NCBI GenBank assembly: GCA_046484865.1
Contig: JAWOID010000082.1
Span: 1-64,000 of the forward strand
Origin: Candidatus Krumholzibacteriia bacterium
Lineage (GTDB): Bacteria; Krumholzibacteriota; Krumholzibacteriia; LZORAL124-64-63
Direction: 5' to 3'
DNA: 64,000 nucleotides
Notes under the pieces: model-generated
The model's database searches: none
The model's input: only the letters and a program-made list of their open reading frames with translations
What the model was told of the DNA's origin: nothing
Made by a program: the position numbers and the translations under genes
Shown: positions 54,896-64,000 of the stretch, in pieces
Numbering within the stretch: position 1 is the stretch's first letter
Layout: every line of letters starts with the position of its first letter

Positions 54896-56692
54896 ATGCC
54901 GACGCGCGAGAGGATCGCCGCGCTGCGTGCGCTCATGGCCGATCACGACATCGCCGCCTACTACGTCCCGAGCACGGACCCGCACATGAGCGAGTATCTG
55001 CCGGACTGCTGGAAGCGCCGGGCCTGGGTGAGCGGTTTCACCGGTTCGGCCGGCGATCTGCTGGTCGGCCGCGAGGAGGCGGGCCTCTGGACCGACGGGC
55101 GCTACTTCCTGCAAGGCGAGCTCGAGCTGTCCGGGTCGGGCATCGAGCTGATGCGTCTTGGCGAGCCCAAGGTGCCGTCGAAGATCGAGTGGCTGGCGGA
55201 TCGCCTGCGTGCGGGCGAGGCCCTGGGCGTGGATCCCGCCGTGATCCCGGTGAAGGACGCCGAGGAGTTCGAGTCGGCGCTCGCGGAGCACGACATCGCG
55301 GTGCGCTACATCGAGCGGAACCTGGTGGACGAGCTGTGGCAGGATCGGCCGCAGCCCGGCACCGCTCCCATCCGGATCCACCAGACGAAGTATGCCGGCG
55401 AGACCGTGGCCGCCAAGCTGGGGCGCCTGCGTCGGGCCATGGCCGAGGAGGGCTGCCGCGCGCACGTGCTCGTCAACCTGGACGCCATCGCCTGGCTGTT
55501 CAACATCCGCAGCGAGGACATCCTCTACACGCCGGTGGTCATCAGCTATGCCGTGGTCACCGACACCGACGCCACTCTCTACGTCGACCCGCGCAAGGTC
55601 ATGCGAGCCGTCGAGACCTACCTCGGCCGCCATGCGCGGGTGAAGGCGTACGAGGCGATCTGGGACGATCTGCCGGCGCTCGGCGAGCAGGGAGCCCGGG
55701 TCTGGCTCGACCCCGGCACGACCAACCGCCGCGTGCTGGAGGCCCTGGGGAGCGCCGACGTGTATCGCGGCATGTCGCCGGTCACCGCCTTCAAGGCGGT
55801 GAAGAATCCGGTGCAGATCAAGGGGATCACCGCCGCGCACGCGCGCGACGGGCTGGCCATGGTGAAGTTCCTGCGCTGGCTCGAGGAGGCGGTGCCCGCC
55901 GGCGGCGTCACCGAGCTGTCCGCAGCGCGGCGCCTGCGGGAGTTCCGGGAGGAGGACCCCCTCTTCGAGGACAACAGCTTCACCACCATCAGCGGCTACG
56001 CGGGCAATGGCGCCATCATCCACTACTCCGCGGACGCACGGAGCGATGCTTCGCTGAAGCCACGCGGCCTGTACCTCATCGACAGCGGCGGCCAGTACCA
56101 GGACGGCACCACCGACATCACCCGCACCGTGTGTCTGGGCCGACCCACGCGTCGCGAGACCGAGTGCTTCACCCGCGTGCTCATGGGTCTCATCGACTGT
56201 ACCACCACGCCGTTCCCCGCCGGCACTCCCGGCTACCGCCAGGAGATGTTCGCGCGACGTCACCTCTGGTTGCTGGGGCTGGACTACAACCACGGCACCG
56301 GCCACGGCGTGGGGCAGTACCTCGGCGTGCACGAGGGGCCGCACGCGCTCAAGAACATCCCGACGCCACCGCTGGTGGCGGGCAATCTCCTGTCGATCGA
56401 GCCGGGCTACTACGAGCCGGGCAAGTTCGGCATCCGCATCGAGAACCTGGCCTTCGTCGAGCGCGACGAGAGGCGCACCAACGCCGACAAGACCTGGTAC
56501 ATCTTCAGCACCGTGACCCTCTGCCCCATCGACCGGCGGCTCATCGATGTCGGCCTCATGACGGACGACCATGTCGCCTGGGTGAACGGCTATCACAAGC
56601 GCGTGTACCGCGAGCTCGGCCCGCGGCTCGATCGCCAGCACCGAGCCTGGCTCAAGCAGGCCACGCAGCCGCTCATGAATATTCCGGACTAG
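54896..56692 (+). CDS. Xaa-Pro aminopeptidase (M24B, eukaryote-like long form)
   Basis: DPHMSEY, SGFTGSAG, WTDGRY, DSGGQY.DGTTDITRT, HGTGHGVG..L.VHEGP, EPGYY and GIRIEN. Confidence 0.95.
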   Translation: MPTRERIAALRALMADHDIAAYYVPSTDPHMSEYLPDCWKRRAWVSGFTGSAGDLLVGREEAGLWTDGRYFLQGELELSGSGIELMRLGEPKVPSKIEWLADRLRAGEALGVDPAVIPVKDAEEFESALAEHDIAVRYIERNLVDELWQDRPQPGTAPIRIHQTKYAGETVAAKLGRLRRAMAEEGCRAHVLVNLDAIAWLFNIRSEDILYTPVVISYAVVTDTDATLYVDPRKVMRAVETYLGRHARVKAYEAIWDDLPALGEQGARVWLDPGTTNRRVLEALGSADVYRGMSPVTAFKAVKNPVQIKGITAAHARDGLAMVKFLRWLEEAVPAGGVTELSAARRLREFREEDPLFEDNSFTTISGYAGNGAIIHYSADARSDASLKPRGLYLIDSGGQYQDGTTDITRTVCLGRPTRRETECFTRVLMGLIDCTTTPFPAGTPGYRQEMFARRHLWLLGLDYNHGTGHGVGQYLGVHEGPHALKNIPTPPLVAGNLLSIEPGYYEPGKFGIRIENLAFVERDERRTNADKTWYIFSTVTLCPIDRRLIDVGLMTDDHVAWVNGYHKRVYRELGPRLDRQHRAWLKQATQPLMNIPD

Positions 56693-56700
56693 GGGCCGTC

Positions 56701-57198
56701 ATGGGCATGCGCAGGCAGGACCGCGAGATTCGCGACCTGGGCCAGTTGCACGCAGTGCTGGCGGCCGCGCGCGTCTGCCGGCTGGGGCTCAACGATGGCG
56801 AGTGGCCGTACGTCGTGCCGGTTTCCTTCGGGTGGGAGCCGGGACGCATCTTCTTCCACGGGGCGCTTACCGGCCACAAGCAGGACCTTCTCGAGCGCGA
56901 TCCGCGCGTCTGCTGCGAGTTCGAAGCCGACGTACGCCTGGTGACCGACCCCGAGCGCGCCTGCCGCTGGACGTTCGCGTACCGCTCGGTGATCGCGAGG
57001 GGGCGTGCCGAGCGCCTGACCGATGCCGCCGCCGTGCGGCATGGGCTGGGCTGCATCATGCGGCAGTATTCCGGCGGGAGCTGGAGTTTCCCGGACGAGC
57101 AACTCGAGCGGGTGGTGGTCTGGCGGGTGGACCTGGAGACCATCACCGGCAAGGAGTCGCTGCAGAAGCCGCCACCGCCCGCGAGCGAGACGACTTGA
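56701..57198 (+). CDS. Pyridoxamine 5'-phosphate oxidase-like flavin-binding protein (NimA/NimC-like)
   Basis: MRRQDREI, PYVVPVSFG, FFHGA..G.K, YRSVIARG and ITGK. Confidence 0.88.
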   Translation: MGMRRQDREIRDLGQLHAVLAAARVCRLGLNDGEWPYVVPVSFGWEPGRIFFHGALTGHKQDLLERDPRVCCEFEADVRLVTDPERACRWTFAYRSVIARGRAERLTDAAAVRHGLGCIMRQYSGGSWSFPDEQLERVVVWRVDLETITGKESLQKPPPPASETT

Positions 57199-58166
57199 CC
57201 GGATACGCGGCTCATCCGCTGTACGGCGAGTCGATGGCGGTGCTTGCGGCGGTGATCTTCGCCTGGACGAGCGTGCTGTTCACGACGGCGGGCGACCGGC
57301 TGGGCGTGACCACCGTGAACCTGCTGCGCTTGCCGGTGGCCACCCTCTGCCTGGGGCTCACGCACGTCGTCGTCACCGGCGATCTGATCCCGGCGCAGCT
57401 CGGGCCGCGGGAGACCTTCTGGATCGGCCTCAGCGGGGTGGTCGGGCTGGCAGTGGGCGACTCGGCGCTCTTCCGCGCGTTCACCCTCGTGGGCCCGCGG
57501 CGCGGGATGATGATGATGGCGACGGCGCCGGTCTTCACGGCGGTCGCTGCGTGGCTGCTGCTCGGCGAGCGGCTCGGCCCGCAGGCGCTGGCCGGGATCG
57601 CGCTGGTCATCGGCGGGGTCCTGCTGGCCACGGCCCGGCGTGACCCGGGCGGCGGACGCTACCGGAACCTGGCGCCTGCGTTGCTGCGCACCGGCCTGTT
57701 GCTGGCCCTGGTGGCGGCCGCCGGACAGGGTCTCGGCAGCGCGTTCGCCAAGCTCGGCATGACCGGTGCCGCCGCGGAGGCCGCGGGCGCCGCCGCCGCC
57801 GGCGTGGCCCGACCGGGGGTGGATCCGCTCGGGGCGACGCTCACGCGGATGTTCTGGGCCTCGGTGGCTTACTGGCTGTTCGTCGTGCCGCGCCACCGCC
57901 TGCCGTCGCTGATCGCACCCCTGAAGGACCGGCGGGGGGCGCTGGCGCTCGCGGCCGCCATCCTGCTCGGACCGTTCGTCTCGGTCTGGATCTCCCTGGT
58001 GGCCATCAAGCACGCCGAGGCCGGCGTGGCGCAGGTGCTGCTGGGAACGGTCCCGATCTTCGTGATCCTGCCCGCCTGGCTCGTGTACCGCGACCGGCCC
58101 TCGCCCCTGGCCCTGGCGGGCGTGGGAGTGGCGGTCGGCGGCGGAGCGTTGCTCTTTCTCAGGTGA
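57195..58166 (+). CDS. DMT/EamA family transporter
   Basis: About 10 TM with duplicated EamA halves; SGVVGLAVGD and LLGERL. Confidence 0.88.
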   Translation: MTGYAAHPLYGESMAVLAAVIFAWTSVLFTTAGDRLGVTTVNLLRLPVATLCLGLTHVVVTGDLIPAQLGPRETFWIGLSGVVGLAVGDSALFRAFTLVGPRRGMMMMATAPVFTAVAAWLLLGERLGPQALAGIALVIGGVLLATARRDPGGGRYRNLAPALLRTGLLLALVAAAGQGLGSAFAKLGMTGAAAEAAGAAAAGVARPGVDPLGATLTRMFWASVAYWLFVVPRHRLPSLIAPLKDRRGALALAAAILLGPFVSVWISLVAIKHAEAGVAQVLLGTVPIFVILPAWLVYRDRPSPLALAGVGVAVGGGALLFLR

Positions 58167-58178
58167 GGTGACCGTCAC

Positions 58179-59078
58179 GTGATACCCTGCAGGAACCGAC
58201 GAAGGTCTCGAAGGACGCCGGCCCTGGCGGCGGCTGCGCTGGCCGTCGTCCTGGCGATGCTTCTTTCGCCGGCGCACGCGGCGCGTGCGGACGGCGCCTG
58301 CGCCGGTGCGGCGCCGGCGGAGGTCTCCGGCGGCGGGCGCGGGAACGGGCGCGGCGTGCTGGGTGACGCGGCGCATGGCGTCGAGATGCTCGTGCGCGAT
58401 ACCGTCCACATCCTCACGTCGCCGCTGCGCATGAACACCGGCGACGCGCTGCAGGTGGGGGGCGTGCTGGCGGCCGCGGGCGCGCTGATGATCTTCGACG
58501 AGGAGATCCAAGACGCCGCCGACCGCAACGCCGGGAGCTTTCCGCTGCGGCCGCTGCTGGAGACGGGACGTTTCCTCGATCCGGTGGGCTACGGACGCAT
58601 GAACACCTACTACGCGGGCGGTCTGGTCGCCTCCTACGCCGCGGGCTGGGAGACGGGGACGGCCATGTTCGGCCAGATCTTGACCTCCTTCACGGTGTAC
58701 GGACTGCTGAAGTTCCCGGTGCAGGATCTGGTCGGACGGCGACGGCCCTACGAGGACGCCGGAGCGTACAGGTTCGGCGTCACCGACGCGTCGTCGTTCC
58801 CCTCGGGGCACACGATCAACGTCATCCAGGTGGCCACGGTGGTGAGCCACCACGTGGAACGCGCCTGGTTCACCTGGATCGCGTACGGACTCGCCGCGGG
58901 CGTGGCGTTGCAGCGCATCGAGTCGGACGCGCACTGGCCCAGCGACGTGCTGCTGTCGGCGGTCTTCGGGGTGGCGGTGGCCAGGGGCGTGATCGCGCTG
59001 CAGGAGGAGCGGCGCCTGGCGGTCGTGCCCCACACAGGTCCTCAGGGCACCGGTCTGGCGGCGGTGGTGCGCTTCTGA
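58179..59078 (+). CDS. PAP2-family phosphatase
   Basis: K...GRRRP, SFPSGH and RIESDAHWPSDV. Confidence 0.88.
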   Translation: MIPCRNRRRSRRTPALAAAALAVVLAMLLSPAHAARADGACAGAAPAEVSGGGRGNGRGVLGDAAHGVEMLVRDTVHILTSPLRMNTGDALQVGGVLAAAGALMIFDEEIQDAADRNAGSFPLRPLLETGRFLDPVGYGRMNTYYAGGLVASYAAGWETGTAMFGQILTSFTVYGLLKFPVQDLVGRRRPYEDAGAYRFGVTDASSFPSGHTINVIQVATVVSHHVERAWFTWIAYGLAAGVALQRIESDAHWPSDVLLSAVFGVAVARGVIALQEERRLAVVPHTGPQGTGLAAVVRF

Positions 59079-59123
59079 GTCGCGACCGATCGTGCCGCTG
59101 CCGCGATCCGGGCGCACGGCGTC

Positions 59124-59744
59124 CTAGATCGTGTGGTCGTCGGCCGGCGTGGCGAACCCGGGTGGAAAGCGCCGGCGCTGGACGAGCAGCGCCCGGAAGA
59201 GCGCCCGCGCGGCCGCGCGGGCGAAGTCCTCTTCGCGGCGCCCCTCCCAGAAGTCGTCCAGCGTGCGGTTGCCCGCCGCCGCGTACCGGAGCGACTGCGC
59301 CAGCAATTCCAGGCGGTCAGCGTCGTGCACCAGCCGCGCCTCGGGGCTGTCGCCCGACCGCAGTTCCTCCCAGAGCGCCAGCCAGGAGGCGGCCACGGGC
59401 AGGCCGGCCAGGAGGTCGCCCAGCGCGGCCAGTTCGGCCTGCTCCTTGGCGCCCTCGGGCAGATAGCGCGCCGCCAGGCGCGGGATGTCGGTGATGACGC
59501 TTTCGGGCAGGTCATGCAGCAGCGCGAGCGTGAGCACTCGCGCCCGGTCCACGGGCGGATCGCCGTGTTCAGGACCCATCTCCACCAGCAGCAGGGCCGT
59601 CAGGGCCGTTCCCCAGCTGTGGTCGGCCACGCTCTCGGCGGGGGTCACGCCCCGCAGCAGCCAGCCCGAGCGCGGGACGCTCTTCAGACGCTGTGCGTTC
59701 TGCAGCAGATCGAGCCAGCCGCCGGCGTCGTCGCCTGCTTTCAC
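59124..59744 (-). CDS. HD-domain phosphohydrolase (YfbR/HDDC2-like 5'-deoxynucleotidase)
   Basis: LKSVPRSGW, ESVADHS, LLHDLPES..TDI and DADRLE. Confidence 0.9.
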   Translation of the reverse strand: MKAGDDAGGWLDLLQNAQRLKSVPRSGWLLRGVTPAESVADHSWGTALTALLLVEMGPEHGDPPVDRARVLTLALLHDLPESVITDIPRLAARYLPEGAKEQAELAALGDLLAGLPVAASWLALWEELRSGDSPEARLVHDADRLELLAQSLRYAAAGNRTLDDFWEGRREEDFARAAARALFRALLVQRRRFPPGFATPADDHTI

Positions 59745-59748
59745 TGCG

Positions 59749-61542
59749 TCACCTCCCGGAGTCCGCCGCCAGGTCCTCGGGGCTGCGCCCGGTCACGATG
59801 CCGAGCAGGTCCAGGAAGATCTGCTGCAGACCGGCCGCCCGCGAGGCGTCGCCGGCCCCCTCCGAGGCAGCCAGGTGCGCGAGGAAGGCGTCCTTCCGGG
59901 CGAGCACCCGGGACGGAGGCTCCAGCAGCAGATCGGGATCGTGGATGAAGGGCAGGTCGCCGCCGTCCATCAGGGCTGCTCGCAGCAGATGGCGCCGCGC
60001 GCGCTCGTGCAGGCCGCGGGCGACGTCGGTGAGCGTGGCATAGAGCAGCGCCTGGCGCAGGGGTCCCCACGGCAGCAGACGTTCCCCGGCTTCCACCAGC
60101 ACGTGGGCACCGGTGGGCGCCTGCAGCAGGTCGCTGGCCCACCGGGCACGCCGGGGCTCGCCCAGCAAGAGCGCGGGGCCGGTCGCGCCGTCGAGCACCA
60201 CCGGCAGCAGCCGGGGCGGTACCGCACCACCGCCGAGACGTTCGGCGCCGGCCGCCTCGGCCGGGCCGGCGGGAGGAACCAGCAGCACGAGCGGGGCGTC
60301 CCTGACCGCCGGCGAGGCGGCATAGCGGCGCAGCGTACGGCTCGCCTCGGCCGATACGGCGGTGCGCAGCACCAGCGGATCGGCGGGACGGCCGGTCTCG
60401 TCCCGGGCCTTCACGCGCGCCGTCATCAGGGCGAAAGCGGCGAGACCGATCGCGGCCGCGGCCATGAAGGCGACGCCCGGGCGGGGACGCCAGCCTCGCG
60501 GCAACAGGTCGGCGATCGCCAGCGCCAGCGCCGGCGCGGCCGGATAGGCGAGGTAGGGATAGGCGTGGTGACGCAGCACCAGCGCCGGAGCCAGCGCGGC
60601 GAGCGCGAGCGCCCAGGCCGACAGCGCCAGCGGGCGTCCCCGCCGCCAGCGCATCACGCCCCAGGCCGCCCAGACCACCCACACGGCCAGTCCCGCCAGT
60701 AGCGGCGCCGGCGCGTTGCGGTAGACGAACCGTGCGCCCGGCCACACGAGCCAGCCGCCATAGGCTCCGAGGTTGCCGGCCGCGGTCAGCGCGTTGCCCA
60801 GCGCGTACGGCTGTCCGGGGTCGGTGCCGAAGTGCGCCAGGACGAGCAGCGCCTCCGCAGCGGCGGCGGCGGTCAGGAACGCCACCGCGGCCCATGCCGC
60901 CGCGCGGTCCGCCCGCGGTGGCGGTCCCAGCAGCAACGTGCCCGCCGCCAGGACGGCCGGCAGCGCGAGCGCGGGTTCCTTGGCGAGCATGCTCGCCGCG
61001 CCGAAGACCGCGGCCGCGGCCACACCGGCGCGCCCGCCCGCCAGCCAGCGCTCCAGGGCTGCCAGCAGCAGCACCGCCGCCATCAGTTCCTGCACGCCGG
61101 CGGCCCAGTAGAGCGGCGTGAAGGCCAGCGGGGTGGCGGCCACGAGCAGACCCGCCAGGAGCTGTGCTGGCGGGCCGAGCCCCGCGCGGGCGGCGATCCG
61201 CGTCGTGAGCGCTGCTGCGCCGGCGTGCAGGAGCAGTCGTGTGACCGCATAGGGGCTGGGATCGAGGCCCGCGAGCGGATGAAGCAGGCGCCAGTAGAGG
61301 TCCTGGCTCAGCCAGCGCACCGGCGCCGATCCCTCTGCGGCCATGCCGGCCGCCCGGGCGAGCAGGCCCCAGTCGTCCTGGTTCCACCACCCGCCCAGTG
61401 CCCACAACCGGCCCAGCACGGCGGTCGCAGCCGCCAGGACCGGCGCCAGAGCGGCTGGCCACCAGTCCGGTCGGGAGGCGGGCGGCGACGATTCACCGGT
61501 GCTGGCATCTGGCGGCGTCGTGCTGTAATCTCCGGCGGGCAT
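59749..61542 (-). CDS. GT-C-like polytopic membrane protein
   Basis: QDDW acidic pair after TM1, AKEPA motif, about 10 TM and a soluble C-terminal domain. Confidence 0.6.
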   Translation of the reverse strand: MPAGDYSTTPPDASTGESSPPASRPDWWPAALAPVLAAATAVLGRLWALGGWWNQDDWGLLARAAGMAAEGSAPVRWLSQDLYWRLLHPLAGLDPSPYAVTRLLLHAGAAALTTRIAARAGLGPPAQLLAGLLVAATPLAFTPLYWAAGVQELMAAVLLLAALERWLAGGRAGVAAAAVFGAASMLAKEPALALPAVLAAGTLLLGPPPRADRAAAWAAVAFLTAAAAAEALLVLAHFGTDPGQPYALGNALTAAGNLGAYGGWLVWPGARFVYRNAPAPLLAGLAVWVVWAAWGVMRWRRGRPLALSAWALALAALAPALVLRHHAYPYLAYPAAPALALAIADLLPRGWRPRPGVAFMAAAAIGLAAFALMTARVKARDETGRPADPLVLRTAVSAEASRTLRRYAASPAVRDAPLVLLVPPAGPAEAAGAERLGGGAVPPRLLPVVLDGATGPALLLGEPRRARWASDLLQAPTGAHVLVEAGERLLPWGPLRQALLYATLTDVARGLHERARRHLLRAALMDGGDLPFIHDPDLLLEPPSRVLARKDAFLAHLAASEGAGDASRAAGLQQIFLDLLGIVTGRSPEDLAADSGR

Positions 61543-61737
61543 GGGATCGGCTGCTTCTCCGGAGGCGGCGTGGGTCCCGCCGAAGGTTCACGTGCCGTGC
61601 GTCGTCGGCGGCCGGCAGACCCGCCCGAAATGGAGGTGCCGGCGGCGTCATGGTAGGGCATCATCCTGTGCAGGCAAGACCCAAAGCGGGCGATCCGGGC
61701 ACGATGCACCGGTCGTCCGCCGACAGGGGGAGGTAGC

Positions 61738-62397
61738 ATGAGACGGGAAGCGCGCGCGCTGGCGGCACTGCTATGGGGTCTGGTTGCGACTTTGGCGATC
61801 GGATGTCACCGGGATGCGCCGGCACCGGGGCCGGTGACCATGGACGCCGCCGAACTCGAGCGGTGGGAGATCGCCCTGGTGGAGATGCGGATCGAGAAGA
61901 ACGAGCGGTTCTCCGATCCGGCCCAGTCGCCGCTGCCGGACACGCTGCTCGCCGGCTTCGAGGGGCTGAACTACTACTTCCCGGTGCCCGAGCTGCGGTT
62001 CCGGTTGCCCTTCGCCACCGCCGCCGCCGGCGACACCGTGATGCTGGACAAGAACTCCGGCGAGCGCGCGGCGTACGTGATCCGCGGCACGGTCACCTTC
62101 CGGCATCAAGGACGCGACCACGAGCTGACGGTCTTCGGGCCCGCCGATCCCGAGGCCGACGATGTCCTGTGGGTACCGTTCCTCGACCCCACCGGCAACG
62201 ATCTCACCCATCCCGGCGGGCGTTACCTGGACCTCGAGCGTCACGCCGACGGCACGGTGGAACTCGACTTCAACTACGCCTACAACCCGCTCTGCTCGTA
62301 CGACGAGGGTCGCTTCGACTGCGCGCTGCCTCCCCCGGCGAATCGGCTGCCGTTCCGGGTGGAGGCCGGTGAACAGCGCGTCGGACCGGAGCTCTGA
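61738..62397 (+). CDS. DUF1684 family lipoprotein
   Basis: Lipobox LAIGC; SPL, PFLDPT, GGRYL, LDFNYAYNP.C.Y and CALPP..N...VEAGE. Confidence 0.9.
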   Translation: MRREARALAALLWGLVATLAIGCHRDAPAPGPVTMDAAELERWEIALVEMRIEKNERFSDPAQSPLPDTLLAGFEGLNYYFPVPELRFRLPFATAAAGDTVMLDKNSGERAAYVIRGTVTFRHQGRDHELTVFGPADPEADDVLWVPFLDPTGNDLTHPGGRYLDLERHADGTVELDFNYAYNPLCSYDEGRFDCALPPPANRLPFRVEAGEQRVGPEL

Positions 62398-62470
62398 GGC
62401 AGTCTCGCGGCGCTGCGGGCCGGGGCGCGACGCCCCGGCGTCCGGGCGAGGCGCGGAGGATGCGGTGGAG

Positions 62471-62992
62471 GTGTTCGCGAGCATCGGCACCTGGACGGGG
62501 TTCGTCCTCTGGACGCTGCTGCTCGTCGCGGCCTCGCTGACGATCTATCTGGGCCTGAGCGGCAACTGGTTCGTGCTGGGGCTGGCCCTGCTGCACGCGT
62601 TGCTCACCGGTTTCGATCCCATCGGCTGGCAGCTGCTGCTCATCCTGCTGGGAATGGCCCTGGTGGGAGAGGGGCTCGAGTTCGTGCTGGGCACGTTCTA
62701 CGCGGCGCGCAAGGGCGCCACCAGCGGGGGGGTGGTGCTGGCGTTCGTCGGCGGACTGATCGGCGCCATCGTCGGCAACTCGCTGCTGCCGGTGATCGGG
62801 GCCGTGTTCGGCTCGTTCGCCGGCGCATTCCTCGGCGCAGTGGCCGGGGAGTTCCGGCGGCAGAAGCGGCTGGAGCCGAGTCTGCGCATCGGATCGCACG
62901 CCTTCGTGGGCCGGGTGCTCGCGATGCTGGCGAAGCACGCAGCGAGTCTGGTGATGGTCGTCCTCATCGCACGAGCCACTCTGCCGCGCTAG
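62471..62992 (+). CDS. DUF456 family membrane protein
   Basis: Gly-rich TM helices: GGLIGAIVG...G.FAGAFLGA..GE; start is an estimate. Confidence 0.82.
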   Translation: MFASIGTWTGFVLWTLLLVAASLTIYLGLSGNWFVLGLALLHALLTGFDPIGWQLLLILLGMALVGEGLEFVLGTFYAARKGATSGGVVLAFVGGLIGAIVGNSLLPVIGAVFGSFAGAFLGAVAGEFRRQKRLEPSLRIGSHAFVGRVLAMLAKHAASLVMVVLIARATLPR

Positions 62993-63063
62993 GCTCTGTC
63001 CGAGAACCCTCGGGCCGCACAGACGTCGAGCGCGACGGGAGCGGGTACTCGGACAGAGCCTAG
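62989..63063. mobile_element. 75-bp palindromic MITE/REP-like element bounded by CTAG
   Basis: Perfect 16-bp inverted repeat CTAGGCTCTGTCCGAG (62989-63004) / CTCGGACAGAGCCTAG (63048-63063); second partial copy at 11550-11597. Confidence 0.7.
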
Positions 63064-64000
63064 TTCCGCGTCGGTTCCCCGCGGTCCCGTGCTGGCCCGT
63101 CGGTCGAGTCGACCGCCGCGGCGCCCCACGCCATGCTGCGGTTGGCCGCCACGGCCCAGTCCTGCGATCCCACGGCGATCACTCCCAGCGAGTGCTGTTC
63201 GTCGAACAGCGTCACGCCGGCGTGCACGGCCTCCCGGGCGCTGCGTCCCTCCGCCATGACCTCGTAGACGGTGCGCGCCATGGTGTGGCGGATGATCTCC
63301 TCGCCGAAACCGGTGCAGGCGACCGCCCCGGCCGGGCCGGCGTAGCACCCGCAGGCATAGACCGGCACGTCGCCGACGCGCCCGTAAAGGGTGAGGCTGG
63401 TGCCGCCGGTGGAGAGGGCGGCGGCGAAGCTGCCGTCGGCGGCCCGGCTCACCGCTCCCACCGTGTCGCCGGGACCGGACTCCACCGGACCCGCTTCCGG
63501 CGCGACGAGGCTGGAGTCCGGCGGTGGTCCCGGGTAGTTCCAGGCGGCGCGCCAGTCGAACGTCTCGAAGCCCTCCGAACCCTCGCCGCGCAGCAGGGCG
63601 GCCACGCGCTTGCGGGCCTTCTCCACCGCCACCTCCGCCGTGGGGACGACGTCCGGGAATCCCCGGCGATGAGCGAAGCGGGTGGCTCCCTCGCCGGCCA
63701 GCAGCAGGTGCGGCGTCTCCTTGACCGCCCGGGCCACGAGCACCGGGTTCTGCACGCGCTCGATGACCGCCACCGCGCCGAAGTCCCCGTCGGACGTCAT
63801 CACCGCGGCATCCATCTGGATGGTGCGGCCGTCCAGGCGGATGTTCGCGCCGGTGCCCGCGTTGAAGCGCGGCTCGTCCTCCATGACGACCACCGCCGCG
63901 GTGGCCATGTCGAGGGCGGAACCGCCGGCCGCGGCGCCGCGGTCGGCGGCGTCCTGGCAGGCGGGCGACCAGTCGGGCGGCGACCCCACCCCCCCGTGGG
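63060..64000 (-). CDS. Isoaspartyl peptidase/L-asparaginase (Ntn hydrolase), 5'-truncated by the window edge
   Basis: HGGVG at the edge, FNAG.G, MDAAVM, NP..VAR, GDTVGAV (Thr nucleophile), STGG, GRVGD and CTG.GE.I. Confidence 0.92.
   Translation of the reverse strand, partial: HGGVGSPPDWSPACQDAADRGAAAGGSALDMATAAVVVMEDEPRFNAGTGANIRLDGRTIQMDAAVMTSDGDFGAVAVIERVQNPVLVARAVKETPHLLLAGEGATRFAHRRGFPDVVPTAEVAVEKARKRVAALLRGEGSEGFETFDWRAAWNYPGPPPDSSLVAPEAGPVESGPGDTVGAVSRAADGSFAAALSTGGTSLTLYGRVGDVPVYACGCYAGPAGAVACTGFGEEIIRHTMARTVYEVMAEGRSAREAVHAGVTLFDEQHSLGVIAVGSQDWAVAANRSMAWGAAAVDSTDGPARDRGEPTRN

Noticed and set aside
59124..59744. HD protein as the cognate alarmone hydrolase/antitoxin of the RelA-like gene
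   Set aside because: It lies 46 kb away and its motifs match the YfbR/HDDC2 nucleotidase type rather than Mesh1/SAH.
1..64000. tRNA, rRNA, selenocysteine or recoding signals
   Set aside because: No cloverleaf/T-loop consensus, rRNA-like tract, or in-frame TGA splitting a recognisable domain was seen by eye; tRNAscan/Infernal were not run.

Overview
A very GC-rich (roughly 70% by eye), gene-dense bacterial chromosomal segment with about 57 supportable CDSs. I found no rRNA, tRNA, CRISPR array or prophage. Two secreted proteins with a C-terminal 'PNPFNP' FlgD-Ig-like domain suggest an FCB-superphylum lineage such as Krumholzibacteriota, Latescibacterota or Eisenbacteria (inference only). The main blocks, in order: (1) the tail of a transposase-like ORF at the left edge. 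(2) A Wzy-dependent polysaccharide export operon with a degenerate BY-kinase, a beta-helix protein and two sulfotransferases. (3) An intact MqnC-like protein lacking the radical-SAM cysteine motif, convergent with a divergent RelA/SpoT-fold protein that lies downstream of methionine gamma-lyase. (4) A secreted tripeptidyl-peptidase-II-like S8 protease. (5) A P-type ATPase, a PAS histidine kinase and an HDOD-REC-GGDEF cyclase. (6) cobB and nfo. (7) A carbamoyltransferase-SxtJ-DUF5989-GT2-SGNH-methyltransferase-GtrB-GT-C operon with divergent gtrA. (8) A giant GreA. (9) An S9 peptidase and a molybdenum-cofactor operon. (10) Assorted housekeeping genes. Noncoding signals include a 75-bp CTAG-bounded palindromic MITE/REP-like element whose ends carry the stop codons of convergent genes, with a second partial copy about 51 kb away, a perfect 40-bp tandem duplication, and a structured leader upstream of the P-type ATPase. 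All family assignments come from motif recognition by eye, not database searches, and several start codons are estimates.
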